A stretch of DNA of 64,000 bases from Macrostomum lignano (taxonomy: Eukaryota): positions 1-64,000 of the forward strand of contig NIVC01003923.1 of assembly GCA_002269645.1 (NCBI GenBank), written 5' to 3'. Position numbers and translations under genes: made by a program. This document shows positions 10,509 to 22,500 of the stretch, one piece after another. Below the pieces are notes generated by a model. The model did no database searches and was not told where the DNA came from. It saw only the letters and a list, made by a program, of their open reading frames with translations. Positions within the stretch are counted from its first letter, which is position 1; each line of letters begins with the position of its first letter.

Positions 10509-13500
10509 AACTCTCCTCTGAATCCCTGGAGGCAGCGAGATTGTAATCGGCTCTTTGATGAAGGCAAATATTTGCGCGGCGGAATTGCAAATGTGCCGCT
10601 CGGGTTTCGGGGGGGGGGCAATCGCGGGGTCCGCCAGGAGGGCAGGGGAGCGGACAGGCCCAGACAGACGCCCCAGAGCGATAGCTCAGGAGTTCAAAGT
10701 CTTTCGAGAGTCGGCGAACGAAAACTGACCTCGGGCAATTAGATAGTTGTGGACAAAATACGCGAAATTCGATTCTTTCAAATTCGCGACTTAATCCGCT
10801 TATTAACAGGGAGTTGAGCAGCTGCTCAAGCAGATTCTGGAGACAACCCTGAGCCAGCCATACATTGGCGAGCACGTGCCAGAGGCTTGGCTTAACTTTG
10901 AGAAGGCGATTATCAGGTAAGTGGCTAATTGGCGAGTGCTATTTCTGACCGTCATGTCCTCCGAATGAAAAGCACACATTTTTCATCCTTCAGCAACCGG
11001 AGCTCGAACAGTCTGCTCAAGTGGAGCGAAGTGATGCAGCTTGGCAAGAAGACTGGAATTTACGGCGAAGAGGTGCAATTTTATGCTTGCTTGAACTGCG
11101 GAATTAGCAGCAGGATTAACAGCAGGATTAGCAGCAGGATTAACAGCAGGGTTAGCAGCAGGATTAACAGCGGTATTAACAGCAGGATTAACAGCAGGAT
11201 TAACAGCGGAATTAGCAGCAGGATTAACAGCGGTATTAACAGCCGGATTAACAGCAGGATTAACAGCGGAATTAGCAGCAGGATTAACAGCCGGATTAGC
11301 AGCAGGATTAACAGCAGGGTTAGCAGCAGGATTAACAGCAGGGTTAGCAGCAGGATTAACAGCAGGGTTAGCAGCAGGATTAACAGCAGGATTAGCAGCA
11401 GGATTAACAGCAGGGTTAGCAGCAGGATTAACAGCAGGGTTAGCAGCAGGATTAACAGCAAGGTTAGCAGCAGGATTAACAGCAGGGTTAGCAGCAGGAT
11501 TAACAGCAGGATTAACAGCAGGATTAACAGCAGGGTTAGCAGCAGGATTAACAGCAGGATTAGCAGCAGGATTAACAGCCGGATTAACAGCCGGATTAAC
11601 AGCAGGATTAACAGCAGGGTTAGCAGCAGGATTAGCAGCAGGATTAACAGCCGGATTAACAGCCGGATTAACAGCAGGATTAACAGCAGGGTTAGCAGCA
11701 GGATTAACAGCAGGATTAGCAGCAGGATTAACAGCAGGGTTAGCAGCAGGATTAACAGCAGGGTTAGCAGCAGGATTAACAGCGGTATTAACAGCAGGAT
11801 TAACAGCAGGATTAACAGTGGGATTGATAGCGGGATTAATTCTTCCAATTCCGGCAGGTGCCGCAAGCTGTGCAGTTTCTTCACGACATGGGCAGTCTGC
11901 AGCACTTCGACTCTGACTTGCTGTACGACATTGTCATCATCAATCCGCAGTGGCTGGTGGACGTGATGGCTTGCGTTGTCACCGTGCACAATCACGTGAT
12001 CAAGGTAGGCTGGTGCGCGTATCTTCAATGGGGTGGGGGGGGGAAGATGAGGCCTGCCACAAATCAAGGGAAAGAGTAGTCGTTGGCCACTGAGCACAAA
12101 ACCGAGTAGCTGTTGACCATTGAGCACAAAGTCGAGTAGCTGTTGAGCCTTGAGCACAAAGTCGAGTAGCTGTTGACCATTGAGCACAAAACCGAGTAGC
12201 TGTTGAGCCTTGAGCACAAAACCGAGTAGCTGTTGTCCATTGAGCACAAAGTCGAGTAGCTGTTGACCATTGAGCACAAAACCGAGTAGCTGTTGTCCAT
12301 TGAGCACAAAGTCGAGTAGCTGTTGACCATTGAGCACAAAGTCGAGTAGCTGTTGACCATTGAGCACAAAGTCGAGTAGCTGTTGACCATTGAGCACAAA
12401 ACCGAGTAGCTGTTGACCATTGAGCACAAAGTCGAGTAGCTGTTGACCATTGAGCACAAAGTCGAGTAGCTGTTGACCATTGAGCACAAAACCGAGTAGC
12501 TGTTGACCATTGAGCACAAAGTCGAGTAGCTGTTGACCATTGAGCACAAAACCGAGTAGCTGTTGACCATTGAGCACAAAACCGAGTAGCTGTTGACCAT
12601 TGAGCACAAAGTCGAGTAGCTGTTGACACTCACTCAGGATGCACAGCGGCCCTGATTGTCTGATGGTCGGGCGTGTACGTAAATACTGTGAATTTCACGA
12701 AAAGCATTTTGTTCATGGGATCGAACTTCTATAAGTTGGGGCGGTCTTGAGGCACCTGTTCAGCATAGAGGAAATTGAGTCTGGGAGCGGCGACCGTGGG
12801 AACAGGGAGCAGCGCGGGCTCCCCAACTGGATGTCAAACAAACCTCCGGACTTTCTCCTCTCATTTCACTTCCCTCATCCGTGCCCTCCCTGCCTTTTTA
12901 GTCCCGTAAGCGCTTTGGTTTTGGAATTTCAAGCAGCTGGCCTGATGTTGATTCCAGGTTAGACTCAAGGAAGCGGCGCCCTTCTCCCCCCAAGCCCCTT
13001 TCTCCTGTCATATCCGTTCTCCGGATTTCTGAACTCAGAAGACTGCGTTTGAATTGACGCGAAAAGCGCCACTCCAAGCGAATTCTCCAATTCTCTCCCT
13101 TATTCAAACAGTATTGGAATATCAGTGGAGAAAAGTGCGTTTCGCCTTTGGTAACATCTTCCCACTACAGGCGAGAAATGAGCTGGCCCAATTGGGCCAG
13201 ATGTGCAACCGACAGCTCAGCCGCAGCTATTGCGCGGCGCATCTGAAAGCTGCATACGGTTGTTCAGTCAAAGGACTGGGGGTTGCCGCACACACCTTAT
13301 GTAATGCTGGCACCCATTTTACAGTTGGGTGAACTGAAGCAATGCAGAGTAAAAGTGTCTTGCTCAAGGACACAAATTGTTCCAATGGGATCGGGAATCG
13401 AACCCCCAACCTTCTAGTTGCGAGTCCGACGCTCTAACCTCTAGGCTACAGCAATGAGGACATACAAGCGCGTCAATGCCTGGCCGGGTACGGGGATCCA

Positions 13501-16500
13501 ACCTACACCTACACCTACACCAACCCGCAGGAGGGCCGGTTCAAGCACGAAGACATCCACACTATCTGGAAGGACTACCCGGCCCAGCTCCACGATTGGC
13601 TCCTCACCCTGACGGAGACTTTCGACTTGACTTTCCCGCTCACCGACTCCGGTGTCAGCGTTGTGCCCTGCCTTCTGCCGCAGAAGAAGCCCCAGTTCGA
13701 TTGGGACGACGTCACCGCGCTCGGCGACATCCAGGAGGCCAAGATGAAGTACACCTTCGACTACCTGCCGGCTGGTCTGTTCAACAGGGCCCAGGTGCGA
13801 TTGTGCCAGTTCTCCGACGACCTGGTGATCTGGCAGCGGGGATCCCTGCTGTGCAAGGGCGACCACCGGGCCCTCATGGTCAAGAAGGGGTGCGTCTGGG
13901 TGCCCAATACCAGCCTGCTGCCTTTTTGTTGCGAGAGAAAATTATCAAAAATATTTTCCCTCATCGCCCGTTTTTCATTTCACAGGGAACGCACAGTGAT
14001 AGTGAAGGTGCAGGGCTCATCTCCCGAGAACATGCTGATGCTGATACACGAAGTGTTTGAAGGCCTCATCGCCGAGGCGTTCGGCGGGGTCTCCTACGTG
14101 TACGAGGTGCCGTGCATTGACTGCGTCAGACAGGTGAGCGAATGCCGTAGCATGCCGGCACGCTTGGGTTAAACTGATCAACCTGTGTGCTTTTTTAATT
14201 TCAGAAAATCCAAGAGCCGGCCATGTTCAGCAGCCAGGTGCTGCGCAGGGCCATCGAGATGCGGGCCTTGTTTCTCCAGTGCCATTCCATGTTCCACTGC
14301 GTGCCGATTCCCACTCTGCAAGGTACCGGGAGCTTTTTTGTCACTTTTTCTTGTACTATACTGGTTTAAAAATATCCACAAGTCTAACAAAGCTTTGCTA
14401 TCAAGCACTAGTTGCTAGGCGCTGTGCAGTGGGCACAGACGGACTGCATAGGTACAGTCGCGCTTCTATCATGCGACGAACGAAATAACGAAGCAAGCAT
14501 CCTAACTGGAGTTTTCGGTGCATCAAAACTCAAGCAGGTGCAACAAGCAACAGAGCAAATATGCGTAAACACTAATTATCATTCAGTTGCAAAACCGCCC
14601 GATCTCTTGCAATTTGAGCTTTATAGAGGCTCAGCAATGGGGCTGGACAACCGTCAGACACTCAGTCCACAGTGCACACAGAGGCTCAGCAATGGGGCTG
14701 GACAACCGTCAGACACTCAGTCCACAGTGCACACAGAGGCTCAGCATTGGGGCTGGACAACCGTCAGACAGTCAGTCCACAGTGCACACAGATACTCAGC
14801 ATTGGGGCTGGACAACCGTCAGACAGTCAGTCCACAGTGCACACAGATACTCAGCATTGGGGCTGGACAACCGTCAGACACTCAGTCCACAGTGCACACA
14901 GATACTCAGCATTGGGGCTGGACAACCGTCAGACAGTCAGTCCACAGTGCACACAGATACTCAGCATTGGGGCTGGACAACCGTCAGACAGTCAGTCCAC
15001 AATGCACACAGATACTCAGCATTGGGGCTGGACAACCGTCAGACAGTCAGTCCACAGTGTACACAGAGGCTCAGCATTGGGGCTGGACAACCGTCAGACA
15101 GTCAGTCCACAGTGCACACAGATACTCAGCATTGGGGCTGGACAACCGTCAGACACTCAGTCCACAGTGCACACAGATACTCAGCATTGGGGCTGGACAA
15201 CCGTCAGACAGTCAGTCCACGGTGCACACAGATACTCAGCATTGGGGCTGGACAACCGTCAGACAGTCAGTCCACAGTGCACACAGAGGCTCAGCATTGG
15301 GGCTGGACAACCGTCAGACACTCAGTCCACAGTGCACACAGAGGGGCTGGACACCCATGAGTGACAGGCAGAAACTTCAGCAGGATTATGCTGACCGTAG
15401 GGAATAGAAGGCCATAATTGAATAAGGCAAGCAGCTCAGATGCGTCAGTCATGTAGAATAGCCTGGCATCGCTCCACAAAGCGACAGGCACATGGCTCAG
15501 CGACTATCTAATAACAGTCTGCGGGGCAGCTGGGGGAAACGCACGGGAAAGCCGATCGCCAATTTCAGGAAGCGGCGCAGAGGCGGACTTATGTAGCCAG
15601 GCTTAATGAATAGTAGAAAGTGGGGCGAGGCAAAAACGGTTTAACCTTCTGCCTCGTTGCACGCTAAACTCATTCGCCCTCCTCGCCCTCCTCACTCCCG
15701 TCTCCCAGCTGTGATGCCGCCCGAATCGCCCGCCGACTTTGAGCTGCACTTTGAGCGCTCAGTGAACGACCTGTCAGCGGCCCGGCTGGACCTCGTGCAC
15801 GACGTCACCCTCATCTTCTGCTGCGCCAACAAGAGCGGCGGCGGCGGGGACATCATAGAGAAGATCCAGGCTGGCTTGGAGACTGCCGGCTTATCTGTGT
15901 GAGTATAGCAAGCGGCAGAGTTGAAGCTGCCAACTTATCTGTGTGAGTATAGCAAGCGGCAGAGTTGAAGATACTGCCGGCTTATCTGTGTGAGTATAGC
16001 AAGCGGCAGAGTTGAAGATACTGCCGGCTTATCTGTGTGAGTATAGCAAGCGGCAGAGTTGAAGATACTGCCGGCTTATCTGTGTGAGTATAGCAAGCGG
16101 CAGAGTTGAAGATACTGCCGGCTTATCTGTGTGAGTATAGCAAGCGGCAGAGTTGAAGATACTTCCGGCTTATCTGTGTGAGTATAGCAAGCGGCAGAGT
16201 TGAAGATACTGCCGGCTTATCTGTGTGAGTATAGCAAGCGGCAGAGTTGAAGCTGCCAGCTTATCTGTGTGAGTATAGCAAGCGGCAGAGTTGAAGATAC
16301 TGCCGGCTTATCTGTGTGAGTATAGCAAGCGGCAGAGTTGAAGCTGCCGGCTTATCTGTGTGAGTATAGCAAGCGGCAGAGTTGAAGCTGCCGGCTTATC
16401 TGTGTGAGTATAGCAAGCGGCAGAGTTGAAGCTGCCGGCTTATCTGTGTGAGTATAGCAAGCGGCAGAGTTGAAGCTGCCAGCTTATGTGTGTGAGTATA

Positions 16501-19500
16501 GCAAGCGGCAGAGTTGAAGCTGCCAGCTTATCTGTGTGAGTATAGCAAGCGGCAGAGTTGAAGATACTGCCGGCTTATCTGTGTGAGTATAGCAAGCGGC
16601 AGAGTTGAAGATACTGCCGGCTTATCTGTGTGAGTATAGCAAGCGGCAGAGTTGAAGATACTGCCAGCTTATCTGTGTGAGTATAGCAAGCGGCAGAGTT
16701 GAAGCCGCCAGCTTATCTGTGTGAGTATAGCAAGCGGCAGAGTTGAAGATACTGCCGGCTTATCTGTGTGAGTATAGCAAGCGGCAGAGTTGAAGAGTCT
16801 GCAGTCTCTAATGATGCCGATGATGGACTGACCCTGGCCGGATGCTGAGTGGCCGGGGCCTGAAATAATGAAGCTTGGAGTAGAAGAGATTCAAGGTGCT
16901 TCTTTAATCAGTGCTGGGCGTAGCCACCCGTAGCCAGGCCGCATCCCCGAGACCGGCTATTTTCTGTCGTCAGGATTAAAAATGAGGCCCCGCATTTTCC
17001 AAGCCCGCCAAGACAACCGCGGGAAAATCCGACTCTTTCGTTCCTCTCTGGCCTCGACTGCTTTTTTAAGTACAAGCTAGTTTACAACAATGCGGTTGGA
17101 CACCTCAGTGGCAGACTCTTATAGGCATCAAGATAGCGACATGGAGCCCGATGCAGCACTAGTGTACTTTTAGCACCAGTGCTGATTTTGCTTCCCCGCC
17201 GCCCCGACACCGAGCAGGCAGTGCGTGTCGGACGAAGCAACATCCGAAGAGCGCAGCCTGTCGGACAGCATGGCCCTGCTGCAGCAGTCAGGCTGCTGCC
17301 TGTGCCTCATATCCAACGAGTTCGTGCTGTCGGAAACCTGCGCTCAGTACCTGTCGCTGGCTACTGAGCACCTGAAGAAGCCGCTAGTGCTTGGCCTGGT
17401 CGGCAGCGGCAAGGACTGGCAGCAGACAGCGCTGGGCGCCCGCCTGTCCGGTCTGGTGTACATCAACTTCCAGCGCGAGGCCCAGTTCGACGCCAAGCTG
17501 GCCGAGGCGGTGGCCGCCGTCAGGGAGAAGAGCGGCGCCGGCAAGCGAGAGGTGAGCCGGGCGATTTCAACTGATCACTCGTTGAATTGCCTGCCTGATT
17601 TCCTGCAACCATGTGCGAGTGTGTTGTGTTTGCCGCGTCTGACTCTCTTGTGAATGTTCTTTGCTAAGCATAACTGCAACTCGCCAACTATGAAATGGTG
17701 CGTGCAGAAGATTGCCAGCTTTTTTTATGTGTCAGCGCCAGCTGCCTCAGGCTTGCATGAGCAGCATAGTACTTCGCGGGCAACCGGAATCCCACAAATC
17801 CCCCCAATCTCGGGGAGAATCCGCCGACCAGACGGCGGAGACAGGCGAGCTTAGCGCAGCCTCTCAGACCGATCCTTCAGCTGGGACGAAACAAAAGCGC
17901 TCGTAAAATCAGCCATGTTTGTCGGACAGCTCTGGCGCAGCTGGGGCATCCCTGCTGGCCCGGCAGGCTCTCATTAGCCTTTTAGCGGCAGTAACAAGCC
18001 GCTGAGCTTAGCAGAGTTCGGGCGGTTGCGGCTTGGCAGTCCGGATATGCGATAGCCTGTAATAAGCGCGAGTAAAAATCTGAGAACGTCAGGCGTAGGA
18101 TGAGAATTAACACTGCAGTGTATTCTTCTGCTGTCGCAGTACAAAGGATCTTCTGTCTTTAATGAGGGAAGCCGACCCTAAAGTCAGGCCTTCTTACCAG
18201 AATAGAGCATGGTTGCTGTTTTTTTAACAGAAAAGACAAAACTTATTGTCAAATGACGCGCGCGGGAAACGACAAATGAGCACAACATATAGTAAAAGTG
18301 ATCAAATCGCGGTTATCAAACAAGGGAAATGGGTGAACTAGTAAGAATAATAATCAGTTTCAAAACTTGCAATCAAAAAGGAACGATGCGGACTTGGGAG
18401 CTACGCTAGATGAAGCAATCCACTATTTATTATTGACAATGATGAGCACAACAAATACAGTTAAGAAATTTGCTTTGATTGTCCAATGCAGGGCAACTCA
18501 GACGCCTGCTTTTGCTACAGAAGATTCAGTGACTTCAGATTCGGCAAGATTCGCTTCTCCGGCTCGGCTCAGTCAGCACCGCCTGGGTGCCACTTCAGCG
18601 GAGCCAGAGCGGCATCCTCGATATGCGATGGGGCAGCGGTGGCCGCCGCCGCGGCCTCCGCCCGCCTCAGCGCGTTGGCCTCCCTGCTCAGCATGCTGTA
18701 GTTGTTGTTCTGCAGGTGGTTGTTGTTGTAGTTGTAGTTGTTGCTGCGGCCCTGGCGTCTGTCTGGCAGGTGCAGCATCTGCCTCACCGTCTCCCTGAAG
18801 GTGTTGCTGGTGCTGCTGTAGATGATGAAGTTGGTGAAGCTGTCCGCGCTCAACAGGATGTTGGCCAAGAAGGTGGTGTGCATGCGGATCTGGTTGAAGC
18901 CTCGCATCGAGGCGAAGATGGTCTGGTTCAGAATGAAGAACAGAAAGGTCGGCAGCTCGCAGATGATGAACGAGAACATCAGAATCATGACGGTCTTGGT
19001 CGCCGCGTCCTGGCTGCGGCTGCCGCTGCCGCTGGCACCGCCGCCGCCGCGGCCACTGCCGCTTCCAGCGCTGCCGCCGCTGTTCTGCTGCAGCAGTCGG
19101 CGCCTGCGCAGGATGAAGATGATCACCAGCGACAGGCCGCTGATGAGGAATATCGGGGCGATGGTCTGCAGCGGGAACACCAGCAGAGTTTTGTAGTGCC
19201 TGTAGGACGGATTCTTGTCCAGGATGTGGTGCGTAGCCGTTGTCAGGCTGTAGACGGTTGTCTCGGTTGAGTTGTTCTCAGCCGGGTACTCGCAAATTGT
19301 CCAGGTGAACTCAAACAGCCGGGGCGCGCACACCAGCAGCGACAGGATGAGCGTCAGGGCGTAGCAGGCCTGGCTGCGCCTGTGGCTGAACAGCTGGCCA
19401 CGCCGGGTGCTGAACGGGTTGCTGACCACCTCGCAGCGGCTGCCGGCGATCATCACCAGACTCCAGTTGCGCACCATGATGAAGGCGTTGGCGATGGCGA

Positions 19501-22500
19501 ACGACAGGAAGAACGCGCAGGTGATCATCTGCGGGCGCAGGGGGCTGTCGAAGGCCTGGCGGCCGGCGTCGGCCATCACGGTCAGCATGACGGTGAGGTT
19601 GACAGCGAAGCCGATGTTCAGCACAGTCTCCGACAGGGACAGCAGCAGCAGCAGGCGGCCCATGATGACATTTTTCTTGTCCAGAATGAATACTATGAGG
19701 GAGAAACCGTTGGTCAGGGCGTTCAGGTAGCTCAGAACGCAAGCGATGTACAAATAGACGTTGGCGGCGCCGCCAGCGGGGCCTTCCGAGCTGCCGGAGT
19801 CGTTCAGGCAGCTGCCGTTGACAGCCACATAGGCGAGCATCGCTGCTGAGCTGAGCTGATTCTCACTGAACTGAACTGGGAGCTGAGAATCGAACCTGAG
19901 CAGTCCGCTGGTTGGCCTTCTCGGCTCTCCGCCCTGATGGATTTTTCTAGTCCTCCACTTCAGCGAAGTCTCAGCCTCCGCCAATCCGCCCCCGGCTCGC
20001 TTGTCCTTCACAGCCAATGGCCGGGCTCCCAGACAACAGCTGGGCACTTTAATCTGTCGGATTTGGCAGCGGCTCAAAATCCAGTTTTAAATCCTTTAAA
20101 GCTGTTTGAAGTCTCAAGGCTGACATCAAACTGTCGTATTGCTTTTGCAGCTCATCCATAATGCACCACGCACAATAGGCTAATGAAAATGAACGAAGCA
20201 CTGTACCAAGGCTCTGGACGGCTTATGGCTCAGATGGGATTAAGGACTTGAAATTAGGGAATTCGCCCTTTCTGTCTGATTGAATCATGCGGTTCTCCTC
20301 AGGTCAAAGGGAGCCGCCAACTTCATGGGAGATTTGCGTCAGCCTGACCGCCTGTTCTGATTCCGCTTTTGCTGCCAAACTTTCTTCGAGCTAATTATAA
20401 AAGCATGAGCAAGCTCGACAACACTGCTGGATGTACTTTTAAAATATTACTGGCTTATTTTTATAAGCCAGTGTTTTACTAGCAATTGTTATTAAAATCT
20501 GCGGGTCAGTGCACCCCCTGGGAGAGGTGTTTGCCGCCTAATTAATCAGATTCTTATCCGAGCGGTAAGATACGGATGACGCTGTCGAAATTGCTGGCAT
20601 AATTGCACTGCTCCGCATCCGTGCATTTTTGTTGAAGGAAATCCCAAGCCTAGGTGGTAATGAGAGACTTCGCGACTTTGGGAATAATAATGTGTGCGCT
20701 AATTCAAAAGTGTTAAGTCTTGATCCAAACTAATCCCTGAGTAAGAGTTCCGTGATCACCTTCTTGTGCATGCCGTTCATTGCAAACGGCACAGTCAATA
20801 ACACCTTACAGTCCATGCACCTGACACAATGAAGTACGTGACTCGCACAATACCTCACACAGTTCTCAAAATTCATCACACACCTCACACAACCCATCAC
20901 ACACCTCACACAACCCATCACACACCTCACAGAACCCATCACCTCATCACCTCAAAACCCACCACACACACCTTACACAACCCACCATACACCTTAAAAC
21001 CTATCACACACCTCAAAACCCATCACACAACTCAAAATCCATCACACACACCTCAAAACCCATCACACACCTCAAAACCCATCACACACCTCAAAACCCA
21101 TCACACACCTCAAAACCCATCACACACACCTCAAAACCCATCACACACCTCAAAACCCATCACACACCTCAAAACCCATCACACACCTCAAAACCCATCA
21201 CACACCTCAAAACCCATCACACACCTCAAAACCCATCACACACACCTCAAAACCCATCACACACCTCAAAACCCATCACACACCTCAAAACCCATCACAC
21301 ACACCTCAAAACCCATCACACACACCTCAAAACCCGTCACACACCTCAAAACCCATCACACACACCTCAAAACCCATCACACACACCTCAAAACCCGTCA
21401 CACACCTCAAAACCCATCACACACACCTCAAAACCCATCACACACCTCAAAACCCATCACACACACCTCAAAACCCATCACACACCTCAAAACCCATCAC
21501 ACACCTCAAAACCCATCACACACCTCAAAACCCATCACACACACCTCAAAACCCATCACACACACCTCAAAACCCGTCACACACCTCAAAACCCATCACA
21601 CACACCTCAAAACCCATCACACACCTCAAAACCCATCACACACACCTCAAAACCCATCACACACCTCAAAACCCATCACACACACCTCAAAACCCATCAC
21701 ACACACCTCAAAACCCATCACACACACACACCTCAAAACCCATCACACACACCTCAAACAAACCATGACGCACCTCAAACAACCAATCACACCTCACATA
21801 GCCGTCGCACACCTCACACAACTCATCACACACATCGCAACCTATCGCGCACCTCAAACAACCAATCACACCTCACATAGCCCGTCGCACACCTCACACA
21901 ACTCATCACACACATCGCAACCTATCGCGCACCTCACCCGCAGCGGGTCAGCGGGCGCGCAGACGTGTTCATCAGCTACTGCTGGGCGAACTCGCAGGAG
22001 GCGGTCAAGGCAGGCCACGGCAAGGCCACCAGCCGCTCCATCGGGTTTGGCGATCCCCGGAAACTCAAGAAGCACCTGGAGGAAGCCGGCGGCCTTTCCT
22101 GCTGGATTGACATCGAACGGCTGGGCGAGAACGGCATGTTTGAGGACCTCTGCCAGGGACTCAAGGCCTGCAAGCTGGTGGTGGCCTGCCTCTCCGATGA
22201 GGTGAGAACTGCTCGCGACTTTTGGCATTAGAATGCATGCTTTTGATTACGAGCGTATTATTCAACTCTAAATATTTGCAGCTCACTGTGAATCTCTACA
22301 GCTCACTGTGAGTTTATGCAGCTCACTGTGAATCTCTGCAGATCACTGTGAATCTCTGCAGCTCACTGTGAATCTCTGCAGCTCACTGTAAATCTCTGCA
22401 GCTCACTGTGAATTTATGCAGCCCCTATTAGCGCAAAAAATATCGCTTGCAAAATCATCCGCAATGCTTTCTGAAGCTAAAAGTACAAAAACTTTTCCCC

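Noticed and set aside
13380-13448. tRNA gene
   Set aside because: A- and B-boxes are present, but the sequence continues into a repeated SINE body and no complete cloverleaf is evident.
14628-16795. CRISPR-like appearance of the regular 35-55-bp repeats
   Set aside because: Units are head-to-tail with no unique spacers, there are no cas genes, and the context is eukaryotic introns.
17736-17906. Extra ROCO exon (RQLPQACMSS...)
   Set aside because: There is a plausible acceptor but no in-phase GT donor; exons 14 and 15 join in phase without it.
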